Part shown: piece after piece, positions 1-7,421 of the stretch
Layout: each line of letters starts with the position of its first letter
Position numbering within the stretch: position 1 is the first letter of the stretch
Source: a virus
Strand: one strand, 5' to 3'
Virus record (IMG/VR): IMGVR_UViG_3300015369_000076
Coordinates: 1 to 38,129 of that record
DNA: 38,129 nucleotides
Notes under the pieces: model-generated
Told to the model about the DNA's origin: nothing
Databases searched by the model: none
Seen by the model: only the letters and a program-made list of their open reading frames with translations
Translations under genes and position numbers: made by a program

Positions 1-141
1 CGGGACAATCGAGGCTTCGGGGGTCGCATCCAGGGCGGAAGGCTACGTCAACAACGGGGCGTCGATAAAGGCCGAGGGTGACGGGTCGAGTGCGGGCGGA
101 TGGACGGGGACCGGTTTCATCCAGGCATCGGGCGCCGGGTC
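1..141. repeat. Terminal direct repeat copy A (identical to 37989..38129); overlap of a circular or circularly permuted assembly
   Basis: Compared by eye, nt 1-141 equal nt 37989-38129 base for base. One ORF crosses the junction in frame. Confidence 0.9.
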
Positions 142-592
142 ATTCGCGCACGGTATGACGGCAAGCGGGTCCATCATCTCATCGGGTCACGGTTCCGTGG
201 CCATGGGCATCAACGTGACCGCCCAGAACGGAGGTGAGGCGGCGTTCGGAAAGTTCAACGAATCCCACGCGGATGACGACAACGACCTGCACACCCAGTT
301 CTCCGTGGGCATCGGGACCACGCCCAAAGACACGAAGAACGCCCTTGAGGTCATGAGCGACGGGCGGGCCTACCTCTACGGTGCTGGGAATTACGACGGG
401 ACGAACCCAGGGGAGGCGAAGGACCTCGCATCCCTTCTGGCGAGCCATGAGGCGAGCGTGGAGGACCTCACCGGAGAGACGGGGCACGCAATAGCCAAGA
501 TAACCGTGGGGGAAACGGAAACCACCCTCTACAACAACATGGTCGCCCTGAGCGACTCGCAGATAGACGCGGCATGGGCGTCGGAGAGCTAG
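1..592 (+). CDS. Tail fibre protein, 3' part (continuation of the ORF starting at 37378 across the circular junction)
   Basis: The frame starting at nt 2 is open to TAG 590-592 and continues the 37378 ORF. It carries Gly/Ser/Ala beta-repeat sequence (ASGAGSFAHGMTASGSIISSGHGSVAMG) typical of fibre or adhesin heads. Confidence 0.75.
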   Translation, partial: GTIEASGVASRAEGYVNNGASIKAEGDGSSAGGWTGTGFIQASGAGSFAHGMTASGSIISSGHGSVAMGINVTAQNGGEAAFGKFNESHADDDNDLHTQFSVGIGTTPKDTKNALEVMSDGRAYLYGAGNYDGTNPGEAKDLASLLASHEASVEDLTGETGHAIAKITVGETETTLYNNMVALSDSQIDAAWASES

Positions 593-622
593 GCACAAGA
601 ACATAGATAATAGAATAGCAAT

Positions 623-2128
623 ATGGCATCACCACAGTATTATATCGACGCCGATGGAGTCAAGAGGATCCGTGAGAAGGTGGATGAGGCGCTCGCTCCC
701 CTTGACGCATCGATAAAGGCGAATGGGACCGCGATAGCGGAGCTTCAGGAAAGTGCGTCCTCCCAGGGGGAAGAAATCTCGGCATTGCAGGAAAAGGTCA
801 GTTCCAATACGGGGGCAATCGAACAGAACGCTGCGGATATAGAGAACAACTCGGCTTCCATAAAGCAGAATGCGGCTGACATAGCCTCCAATAAGGATGC
901 AATTGCGCAGAATACCGCTGACATCGAAAGCAATTCGCAGTCGATAGCGACCAACGCATCCAACATCGCATCCAATGCCGCGGCAATCGAGCAGAATGCT
1001 ACAGACATTTCCGGCCTTAAGACGGATGTGGCTGCAAATACATCCAATATCGCGTCCAATGCCTCGGCGATTGAACAGAATTCTTCTGACATTGCAAGCA
1101 ACAAGGACAGTATTGATGCGAATTCGGCTCTTATAGCGGCGAATACTGCGGCTATTGCGGCTAATACGACGGATATAGCAAGCAACAAGGAAAGCATAGA
1201 ACAGAATGCCTCCGACATTTCAGATCTCAAGCTCGGCGTGGCTACAAACGCTTCTGACATTTCGGATCTCAAGACCAGTGTGGCTGCCAACGCTTCTGAC
1301 ATCTCCAGTCTCAAGACTGATGTGGCTACAAACGCTTCCGACATCTCCAGTCTCAAGACTGATGTGGCTGCGAACACCACGGCCATAGCGGCCAATGTTA
1401 CAGACATAGCATCGAATAAGGCCGCCATAGAGCAGAACGCCACGGATATCGCAAGCAACAAGGAGAGCATTGGCACACTTAGTACCAAGCTCGACACCGT
1501 GGAGGAGGGGGCGCAGGTCAACGTGTTGGAGACCGTCAAGGTCAACGGGGCCGCCCTGACCGTCACGGATAAGGCCGTGGACGTGACCGTGGAGAGCGGA
1601 AGCGCCGAAGGCACCCTTTCGGTCAACGGTACGGACGTGGCCGTGAAGGGGTTGCAGGCAGCCGCCTACAGGGAAGTCACCGACGACGAAGTGGCTTCCG
1701 AACAGGAAGGGGAAGCGTTGGTGAGCACCACGGCCCTCGGGAAGACTGTCAAGGCCATAGAGGATAAGATAGATGATCTGGACGTCGCCCAGCTGCAGGA
1801 GGACGTATCGGACGGGCAGATGGCCCTCAGTGCGAAGGTGGCCGCCCTTGACATGCAGGTCGAGGACCTTACTGAGAAGGCGTCAGATACCAGGGCGCTT
1901 GATCTCGCCGAACAGAACCTTGAGATACAGATATCCGAGAGAGTCCAGGCGGCTGCGATGGAGGCCAATCTGGAGGATGCTCAGTATCAGACTAACCTTA
2001 ATACGGAGAACATAGCCGCCCTTGGCAGCGATATCGCCAATGTCATGCCTGTACTCGCAAGGAAGATAGCTGAACTTAGTGCGAGGGTGGAGGACCTTGA
2101 ATACGCAATTGAGCAATTAACATCATAA
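623..2128 (+). CDS. Tail fibre shaft protein, long trimeric-coiled-coil-like heptad array
   Basis: ATG at 623, 501 aa. Residues about 20-292 form 39 consecutive heptads (NxxxIxx or LKTxVAx), followed by a beta-rich C-terminal part (VKVNGAALTVTDKAVDVTV). The gene sits between fibre genes. Confidence 0.8.
   Translation: MASPQYYIDADGVKRIREKVDEALAPLDASIKANGTAIAELQESASSQGEEISALQEKVSSNTGAIEQNAADIENNSASIKQNAADIASNKDAIAQNTADIESNSQSIATNASNIASNAAAIEQNATDISGLKTDVAANTSNIASNASAIEQNSSDIASNKDSIDANSALIAANTAAIAANTTDIASNKESIEQNASDISDLKLGVATNASDISDLKTSVAANASDISSLKTDVATNASDISSLKTDVAANTTAIAANVTDIASNKAAIEQNATDIASNKESIGTLSTKLDTVEEGAQVNVLETVKVNGAALTVTDKAVDVTVESGSAEGTLSVNGTDVAVKGLQAAAYREVTDDEVASEQEGEALVSTTALGKTVKAIEDKIDDLDVAQLQEDVSDGQMALSAKVAALDMQVEDLTEKASDTRALDLAEQNLEIQISERVQAAAMEANLEDAQYQTNLNTENIAALGSDIANVMPVLARKIAELSARVEDLEYAIEQLTS
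1205..1372 (+). repeat. Four tandem 42-bp units (two heptads each, NASDISD-LKTxVAx) inside the shaft gene
   Basis: Near-identical 42-nt units read directly in the sequence (aatgcctccgacatttcagatctcaag... x4). Confidence 0.8.
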
Positions 2129-2139
2129 AACGACAAGAT

Positions 2140-2445
2140 ATGGCAAAGAAAAAAAGGACAGTGGTCAAGGCCGTAGTTGAGATGGTCGGGGAACACATCA
2201 CGCTGAGCGCCGAAGCGGGAAAGGTGAACGACAGGTTCACAGGCATCGCCTTCGGGGTAGTTACTGAAGACGGGGTGGTGCTCCCCTGTACGCTCTCTCT
2301 AGATATCTATGGACCTGTAGCTAACGGCTACGGAGGGGAGTATACCGATGAGATGGACTCTCTTCTCAAGGGCTTCAGAACAAGACTCATTGAAGACTTC
2401 GGGGCTGAATTCGAAGATCAACCGACTAATGACAAGGAGGATTAA
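2140..2445 (+). CDS. Hypothetical protein (fibre module, 101 aa)
   Basis: ATG ORF tightly packed between the shaft gene and the DGR target. No motif recognised. Confidence 0.6.
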   Translation: MAKKKRTVVKAVVEMVGEHITLSAEAGKVNDRFTGIAFGVVTEDGVVLPCTLSLDIYGPVANGYGGEYTDEMDSLLKGFRTRLIEDFGAEFEDQPTNDKED

Positions 2446-2447
2446 TT

Positions 2448-3731
2448 ATGGCGACGAATAACACGAAATACTATTCTCTCCGTTTTGCGACCAAGGATGA
2501 ATATCTTGCATCCAAGGCCAGCGGGAAAATCTATACCACTCTCATGGACAGCACCTACGTCTCAAGGGCGGTGGTGAGCTACATCGAAGAGATCGGGCGT
2601 TCTGTCACTGACGCTATCAACATCATTGCGCCCATCTCGCGAGTACAGGTAGGCGACTGCGTCCTCTATAATGCAGATGACGGCAAGCATTACGCCTTGA
2701 AGGGCCATGAGGAATGGGACGCCACGAAGCTTGGTGGATTCAGCTACAATGCCACCGACTGGGCGGAAGCGGGCTACACCTTGCTCGGATGGCTCTACAA
2801 GAGGGAAGGCAAGGAGGGAAGGATTCTGTCCAACGCCGACTTCGGGGCTCTCCAGTATGACAGCGAGAATACATCCGATAGCAAGGTATCGTCCTATACT
2901 TCGATGACCAGGGCGGACGGGCAGTCCATCAACTGCCAGGACTCCAAGAGCACGAGGGTCTGCATCTCCCTCGACTGGACGGACATCGCCTACACTTCGA
3001 ACAGCTATTACAACTGGCCCCTCCTGAGGGACAACTGGGATACCATCATGACCGCCTACGGACAAGGCACGGACACCGACGGATGGGTGGCCGTGGTCGA
3101 CAAGTTCGCGGAGGCGACCTCGGGAACGGCCCTCTGTTATGTGGCCTACAAGATAGAGGGAGGAAAGCTCACCATAGCCATGACAGGGAACGCCTTCTCC
3201 GCCGGGGACGAGACCATCACCGTGACCTACTCCGACGGGGAGACCACCGTGGACATCACGCCCCACCTCATCTACCCCGCGGACTGGGACTACTCTTTCG
3301 ATAAGTGGGCTAAGGGCGAAGCCCTGGCCGAATTCCCCGCGACCAGCGGTGTGCTGACCGACATGGACGGGAAGCGCAACACCACCTCCCAGTGCATTGC
3401 GAGCACGAAGGCGGTCGCACCGCTGAAGGTCATAGCATATGCCATAAAGGACGTTGACGGCAACGCCATCCCCGGCGTGCAGGCGGGAGACTGGTGGATC
3501 CCCTCGGCTGGGGAATGGGCGGAATACCTGTTTGCTGCGAAGAGGCTTTATGAGAAGGGCTTCAGGCCGGCAAACGCATGGATGAACACCAGCTCTCAGA
3601 ACGGAAGCTTGAATTGGAAAGCGCCCATACTTTTTGCGACCAGTTCAGCCGCGTCATCGAACATGTACTGGGGCAATAAGAATCACCGCAACTGCAGGGC
3701 ACGCGGTATCGCCGCCTTTCACATTGATTAA
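2448..3731 (+). CDS. DGR variable (target) protein, putative receptor-binding tail protein with a C-type-lectin/DUF1566-like C-terminus
   Basis: ATG at 2448 lies 2 nt after the previous stop codon. The C-terminus GDWWIPSAGEWAEY...NAWMNTSS...NMYWGNKNHRNCRARGIAA resembles DUF1566/FGE-type DGR targets. The VR occupies the last codons before the stop. Confidence 0.85.
   Translation: MATNNTKYYSLRFATKDEYLASKASGKIYTTLMDSTYVSRAVVSYIEEIGRSVTDAINIIAPISRVQVGDCVLYNADDGKHYALKGHEEWDATKLGGFSYNATDWAEAGYTLLGWLYKREGKEGRILSNADFGALQYDSENTSDSKVSSYTSMTRADGQSINCQDSKSTRVCISLDWTDIAYTSNSYYNWPLLRDNWDTIMTAYGQGTDTDGWVAVVDKFAEATSGTALCYVAYKIEGGKLTIAMTGNAFSAGDETITVTYSDGETTVDITPHLIYPADWDYSFDKWAKGEALAEFPATSGVLTDMDGKRNTTSQCIASTKAVAPLKVIAYAIKDVDGNAIPGVQAGDWWIPSAGEWAEYLFAAKRLYEKGFRPANAWMNTSSQNGSLNWKAPILFATSSAASSNMYWGNKNHRNCRARGIAAFHID
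3649..3716 (+). repeat. DGR variable repeat (VR)
   Basis: Aligns without gaps to 4365-4432 (offset 716). There are 8 mismatches within 67 nt, all opposite TR adenines, plus one more A-to-C at the 3' edge. Confidence 0.85.
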
Positions 3732-3750
3732 TCCTTAATCCTTCAACCTT

Positions 3751-3772
3751 GGGCGGGGCCCCGTCCCCGCCC
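3751..3772 (+). promoter_or_regulatory. GC-rich hairpin downstream of VR (candidate DGR target-recognition hairpin/cruciform)
   Basis: gggcgggg-ccccgt-ccccgccc gives an 8-bp all-G/C stem and a 6-nt loop, 35 nt after the VR end. No T-run follows, so it is not a typical intrinsic terminator. Confidence 0.6.
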
Positions 3773-3784
3773 CATCAGTCAGAC

Positions 3785-4315
3785 ATGCCGAAGAGACAGC
3801 AGAGCATATCATTCGCAGATCAGGAGAACTATCCTCTTGAGGGGAAAGTGACCGTGCAGACGATTGCCAGGAGCAACAAGATAGATACAACCGCTTTTGC
3901 TCCTCCCACTTCTGTACTGGATGCGCTCCCTGTCTACAGGGTAGTCAAGAACCTCAGGGATAACTACGTCAAGAATGTCTACGACCATCTGAAGGTCAAG
4001 TACCGGAGGACCGTGGGCGACAGGCTCCTTGACCTGCTCTTCGACAGTGTGGGCTATCTGGCAATTATCGGCACGAGTACCGACTTAGGGGATAAGCTGA
4101 GGGCTACCGGGGCATTCCTTCGCACTTACGCACAGGTGCAGGACTGCATCGGCTTCCTCTGCTCCGACCCGGACATCGGGCTCCCGCTCAAGAAAGCTGC
4201 GACACTTTATAGACAAATCGGAAATATAGAAGCGCAAATGCAGGGCTATAAGAACTCTCTAAGGGTCAGGGCGTCGGAGGCTGAGGCGGCCAATGGCGGA
4301 GAAACTCGTCAGTGA
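3785..4315 (+). CDS. avd: Avd-like accessory variability determinant (small basic helical protein)
   Basis: Located between target and TR. The helical, basic sequence (LPVYRVVKNLRDNYVKNVYDHLKVKYRRTVGDRLLDLLFDS...) resembles the four-helix-bundle Avd family. The first ATG is 3785; the TTG at 3749 lies inside the hairpin. Confidence 0.65.
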   Translation: MPKRQQSISFADQENYPLEGKVTVQTIARSNKIDTTAFAPPTSVLDALPVYRVVKNLRDNYVKNVYDHLKVKYRRTVGDRLLDLLFDSVGYLAIIGTSTDLGDKLRATGAFLRTYAQVQDCIGFLCSDPDIGLPLKKAATLYRQIGNIEAQMQGYKNSLRVRASEAEAANGGETRQ

Positions 4316-4364
4316 AAGGGAGCCCTCCACTCATTTAGTGGTTTCAACGGGCTTTGAAATACTT

Positions 4365-4432
4365 CCGCGACATCGAACATGAACTGGAACAATAAGAATA
4401 ACAACAACTACAGGGCACGCGGTATCGCCGCA
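4365..4432 (+). repeat. DGR template repeat (TR), adenine-rich, AAY-codon design
   Basis: ccgcgacatcgaacatgaactggaacaataagaataacaacaactacagggcacgcggtatcgccgc(a). I counted 25 adenines and 8 AAY codons in the VR reading frame. The 3' GC-rich block is identical to the VR. Confidence 0.85.
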
Positions 4433-5647
4433 TCTCGCTGCAACGAGAGTAGTCCTTTGCGCTTCTCCATTTCCGACATCGACATGCTCAAGAGTGCCAT
4501 GGCGTGCCAGAAAAACAAGACATCATCGCTGGATGAGATAAGGTTCGAGATGAAGGGAGGCACGGCGGTTCTGGGCATTGTCGATGACATGAACGCCGGA
4601 ACATATTCATTTATCCCTGCCTCGGCCTTCGTTCTCAGGAGGCCGGTCCCCAGGGAAGTCCTCGCGGCCGCCTACAGGGATCGTGTGAGGCAGACCTGGG
4701 AGATGGAGCGCATGGAGAGAATTCTCGAAGGCATTCTCCCGACGAATGTCACTGCGAACAGAAAAGGAGGGGGATGCCTCTATGCCACGAACCGGGTATT
4801 CGAGCTCTTCGATGCATACCCCGACGGCTGGGTTGCTAAGTTCGACCTGCAGGGCTTCTTCATGAGCGTCGACAAGAACATCCTTCTGAAGCTCGCACTA
4901 GATGCGATAGACCTTCACTATGAAGGAGAGGATAAGGAGGCACTAGCCTACTATGTCAAGGACGAACTGGGGCATAGGGTCCAGAATGACTGCAAGCTCC
5001 GTTGCTCCCCGAAGGAATGGAGGAGGCTGCCCGCCCATAAGAGCATGTTCACCCAGCCCGAAGGGAGGGGGCTTCCCATCGGCAACCTTCCCAGCCAGGT
5101 GCTGGTGCAATTCCTCCTGAAGGAGATAGTGGACTTCATCGAAGGCTACGGTCTCGGGGTGGTGGACTTTGCGGATGACTTCGTAACCGTGGGGGACAAA
5201 GGTACGATACTCAGGATGATGGGCGAACTCAGGAGATGGCTTGCGAGCGAGCTCCACCTGACTCTCCATCCTGCGAAATTCTATATGCAGCCGGTACGAC
5301 ACGGAGTGACCTTCGGGGGCTACAGGTTGAGTCCGGGAAGGAGAATCATCGGAAAGCGGACTGAAAGGAGAGCGCTGGCTAAGGCGCATTGGATTTGTTC
5401 GCATTCTGATACCCTGCCACCGGAGAAGGCCGCCGCCACTCTGAATTCATACTTGGGGAGAGCAAGATACTGTGAAGCGGGAAAGATGGTGAAGGGAATT
5501 AGGGAAGAACTGGAGGGGTCGGAGCTTCAGAATATTCTCTGGTATGATTGGAGGCGGTGTATCGTAAGAGTAAGGACGAGAGAGCGCTTGAAAAGGACAT
5601 GCGCCAGGGAAGTGATAAGAATGAGAAAACAATACAATAGAATATGA
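4379..5647 (+). CDS. DGR reverse transcriptase (true start possibly ATG 4484; the 5' extension overlaps the TR)
   Basis: RT motifs read in the translation: GFFMSVDKN, LPIGNLPSQVLVQFLL (the I/LGxxxSQ hallmark of DGR RTs), VVDFADDFV (xADD catalytic motif) and LHPAKFYMQPVRHGVTFGGY. Confidence 0.9.
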   Translation: MNWNNKNNNNYRARGIAASRCNESSPLRFSISDIDMLKSAMACQKNKTSSLDEIRFEMKGGTAVLGIVDDMNAGTYSFIPASAFVLRRPVPREVLAAAYRDRVRQTWEMERMERILEGILPTNVTANRKGGGCLYATNRVFELFDAYPDGWVAKFDLQGFFMSVDKNILLKLALDAIDLHYEGEDKEALAYYVKDELGHRVQNDCKLRCSPKEWRRLPAHKSMFTQPEGRGLPIGNLPSQVLVQFLLKEIVDFIEGYGLGVVDFADDFVTVGDKGTILRMMGELRRWLASELHLTLHPAKFYMQPVRHGVTFGGYRLSPGRRIIGKRTERRALAKAHWICSHSDTLPPEKAAATLNSYLGRARYCEAGKMVKGIREELEGSELQNILWYDWRRCIVRVRTRERLKRTCAREVIRMRKQYNRI

Positions 5648-6114
5648 CGACGGTCAAGATAGCACCCCTCGCAGCAAAGACTGTGACAGTGGCGCTCTCC
5701 GTGGCGTGGTTCATGGAGAGTCTGCAGTCCATGCTCCCATGGCTCATCGCCTGCGTCCCCCTCATCCTCCTGGACCTCCGGTGGGGCGTCAAGGCGGCAC
5801 GACACCGCCACGAGCTCGTGAGGGTATCCAAGGGGATACGCGCCACGGTGGGCAAGGCGTTCGAGTACGTCTGCTGGGTGTCCGTGTCAGTACTCCTCGC
5901 CGAGACGTTCGGCAAGGAATGGATAGAGCCTCTGGTGCTGGCCCTCGTCATCCTCAACGAGTTTTCCTCCATCGTGGGGAACTACATGGAGACGAAGGGC
6001 TACAGGCTGAACAGGTCGGAGATCTGGAAGGCGCTAGCCAAGAAGGGGAGCGACGCCGTGAGCCTCGACCTCGACACGAGCGAACTCATAGAGAAGGAGA
6101 AGGATGGAGAATGA
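5644..6114 (+). CDS. Holin-like membrane protein
   Basis: Three hydrophobic segments, the LNEFSSIVGNYMETKG motif resembling the Phage_holin_4_1 family, and a position immediately upstream of the endolysin. Its ATG overlaps the RT stop (ATGA). Confidence 0.6.
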   Translation: MTTVKIAPLAAKTVTVALSVAWFMESLQSMLPWLIACVPLILLDLRWGVKAARHRHELVRVSKGIRATVGKAFEYVCWVSVSVLLAETFGKEWIEPLVLALVILNEFSSIVGNYMETKGYRLNRSEIWKALAKKGSDAVSLDLDTSELIEKEKDGE

Positions 6115-6224
6115 CTTCACGGACATCTACGGGAGGATAGCAGACTCGGAATGGTTCCGGAGGGCCTACTCCGGCAAGTCCGTGGGCGACGTGATACCCG
6201 TAGAGGACCTAACACCGACAAAGG

Positions 6225-6836
6225 ATGATAGCTGACAAGGTAAAGATATACATCGACGCCGGCCACGGCATACACACGGCCGGCAAACGCTCCCCCGACG
6301 GGCTGCTCCGCGAGGGAGTGTGGAACCGCAAGGCGGCACGGCTCCTCGTGGCTCGGCTGGAAGACTCCGCCATACCCGTGACGTGGATAAACGACTACGA
6401 CACCGACGACCCCTTGTGGTACCGGTGCCGAAAGATAAACGAGCTGGCGTCCGAGTGGCCGTACGGCTACCAGAACTGCCTCGCACTTTCCGTCCACTGC
6501 AACGCACACCTTGACAACAGGTGGACCGACGCCCACGGCTGGGAGGTGTTCACATACACGTACGCCTCGCCCCTCTCTACGGAGGCGGCGGTCCTCATGT
6601 CGTCCGAGGCGCTCTCTGCAGGGCTGACCGTCCGGAGGACCTATCCGGACCGGTATTACAAGACGGCCAACTACGCCATGGTGAGGGACACGATCTGCCC
6701 GGCGATCCTCGTGGAGAACGCCTTCATGACGAACCGTGCCGACTGCGAGATGCTCCTCTCCGACGAGGGCACGGAGAAGCTCGTGGACGTGATGTACAGG
6801 GGTCTGAAGGACTACTGCCAGCTATACGGAAGATGA
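6225..6836 (+). CDS. N-acetylmuramoyl-L-alanine amidase (Amidase_3) endolysin
   Basis: KIYIDAGHG...SVHCNA...AILVENAFMTNRADCEML matches the Amidase_3 zinc-amidase pattern. Confidence 0.85.
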   Translation: MIADKVKIYIDAGHGIHTAGKRSPDGLLREGVWNRKAARLLVARLEDSAIPVTWINDYDTDDPLWYRCRKINELASEWPYGYQNCLALSVHCNAHLDNRWTDAHGWEVFTYTYASPLSTEAAVLMSSEALSAGLTVRRTYPDRYYKTANYAMVRDTICPAILVENAFMTNRADCEMLLSDEGTEKLVDVMYRGLKDYCQLYGR

Positions 6837-7020
6837 TCCCCTCCAAGGGGTTTTCGTTCATACTACATAAACGCTTTCGAATTCACAATTTCATTGGATG
6901 GATTCCCCTCGGCCGCGAGGTCCAGGGGGATTTTCATATATATAATAGGTATGGCGAAAAAAATTTTCAAAAATTCGTGAAAAAAATCTTGAAATCGCTT
7001 GCGAATTCAAATATTATGCG

Positions 7021-7028
7021 TATCTTTG
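7021..7028 (+). promoter_or_regulatory. TATCTTTG, matches the Bacteroidota -7 promoter consensus TAnnTTTG
   Basis: Motif sits in the AT-rich intergenic region 6837-7063, 36 nt upstream of ATG 7064. Confidence 0.4.
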
Positions 7029-7063
7029 TACCAGAGTTAAGAACGAAACAAAATCCAATCACC

Positions 7064-7357
7064 ATGAAGACATTCAATTACCCTACATTCCTCTGCACCG
7101 TAAAGAAGGAGACCGAGAAGGCATACCAGCTGTCCTACAAGGCTGAAGTGAGCGGAGAGCTCATACCTATTACTGCCTGGTATCCCAAGAGCCAGGTGGA
7201 GATCACCGAGGACGAAGGCAGGACCTACTGCTCCGTGAAGAACGACTGGATCTACGCCGCCAAGGCAAGGGACTACGCCAAGTGGGCCGTAGCCAACGGC
7301 AGCGGCAACCTTACGCTCCTGGCAGTGTCCAACGGGATACTCACTGCGAGTCTGTAA
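7064..7357 (+). CDS. Hypothetical protein (97 aa), accessory block
   Basis: The internal ATG of track ORF 6521..7357 lies after the AT-rich spacer. The upstream part of that ORF overlaps the amidase out of frame. Confidence 0.6.
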   Translation: MKTFNYPTFLCTVKKETEKAYQLSYKAEVSGELIPITAWYPKSQVEITEDEGRTYCSVKNDWIYAAKARDYAKWAVANGSGNLTLLAVSNGILTASL

Positions 7358-7421
7358 GCGAAATCAAGAACTCAAATAAATTTGAAAACGTAAACATAAA
7401 CAATCTAAAAATCCAAAAGCC

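Larger units (their letters stand above)
2448..5647 (+). mobile_element. Diversity-generating retroelement cassette (target/VR - hairpin - avd - TR - RT)
   Basis: All canonical parts are present in the BPP-1-like order; see the component features. Confidence 0.85.

Noticed and set aside
1205-1372. CRISPR array (also considered for 16972-17106 and 21547-21660)
   Set aside because: The repeats are contiguous, in frame and coding, or are short iterons. None has unique spacers of CRISPR-like length.
745-1626. 293-aa ORF on the - strand inside the fibre-shaft gene
   Set aside because: It is the antisense shadow of the heptad-repeat gene. The low-complexity Ala/Ser/Leu translation mirrors the repeats, and every flanking gene is on the + strand.
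3749-3784. TTG start for the Avd-like ORF
   Set aside because: The TTG and the following codons lie inside the GC hairpin. The first ATG is at 3785.
4320-4364. Longer TR extending upstream of 4365
   Set aside because: Gapless alignment gives non-adenine mismatches at 4363 and 4364 and beyond. The upstream similarity needs an indel of about 30 nt, so it is not claimed as part of the TR.
5706-6140. 144-aa + strand ORF overlapping the holin in another frame
   Set aside because: It has an Arg/Gly/Pro-rich composition that looks like an out-of-frame artefact. The holin frame has TM segments and start/stop coupling.
6521-7063. N-terminal 181 codons of track ORF 6521..7357
   Set aside because: This part overlaps the amidase out of frame and then crosses an AT-rich intergenic spacer. 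Only the part from ATG 7064 was kept.
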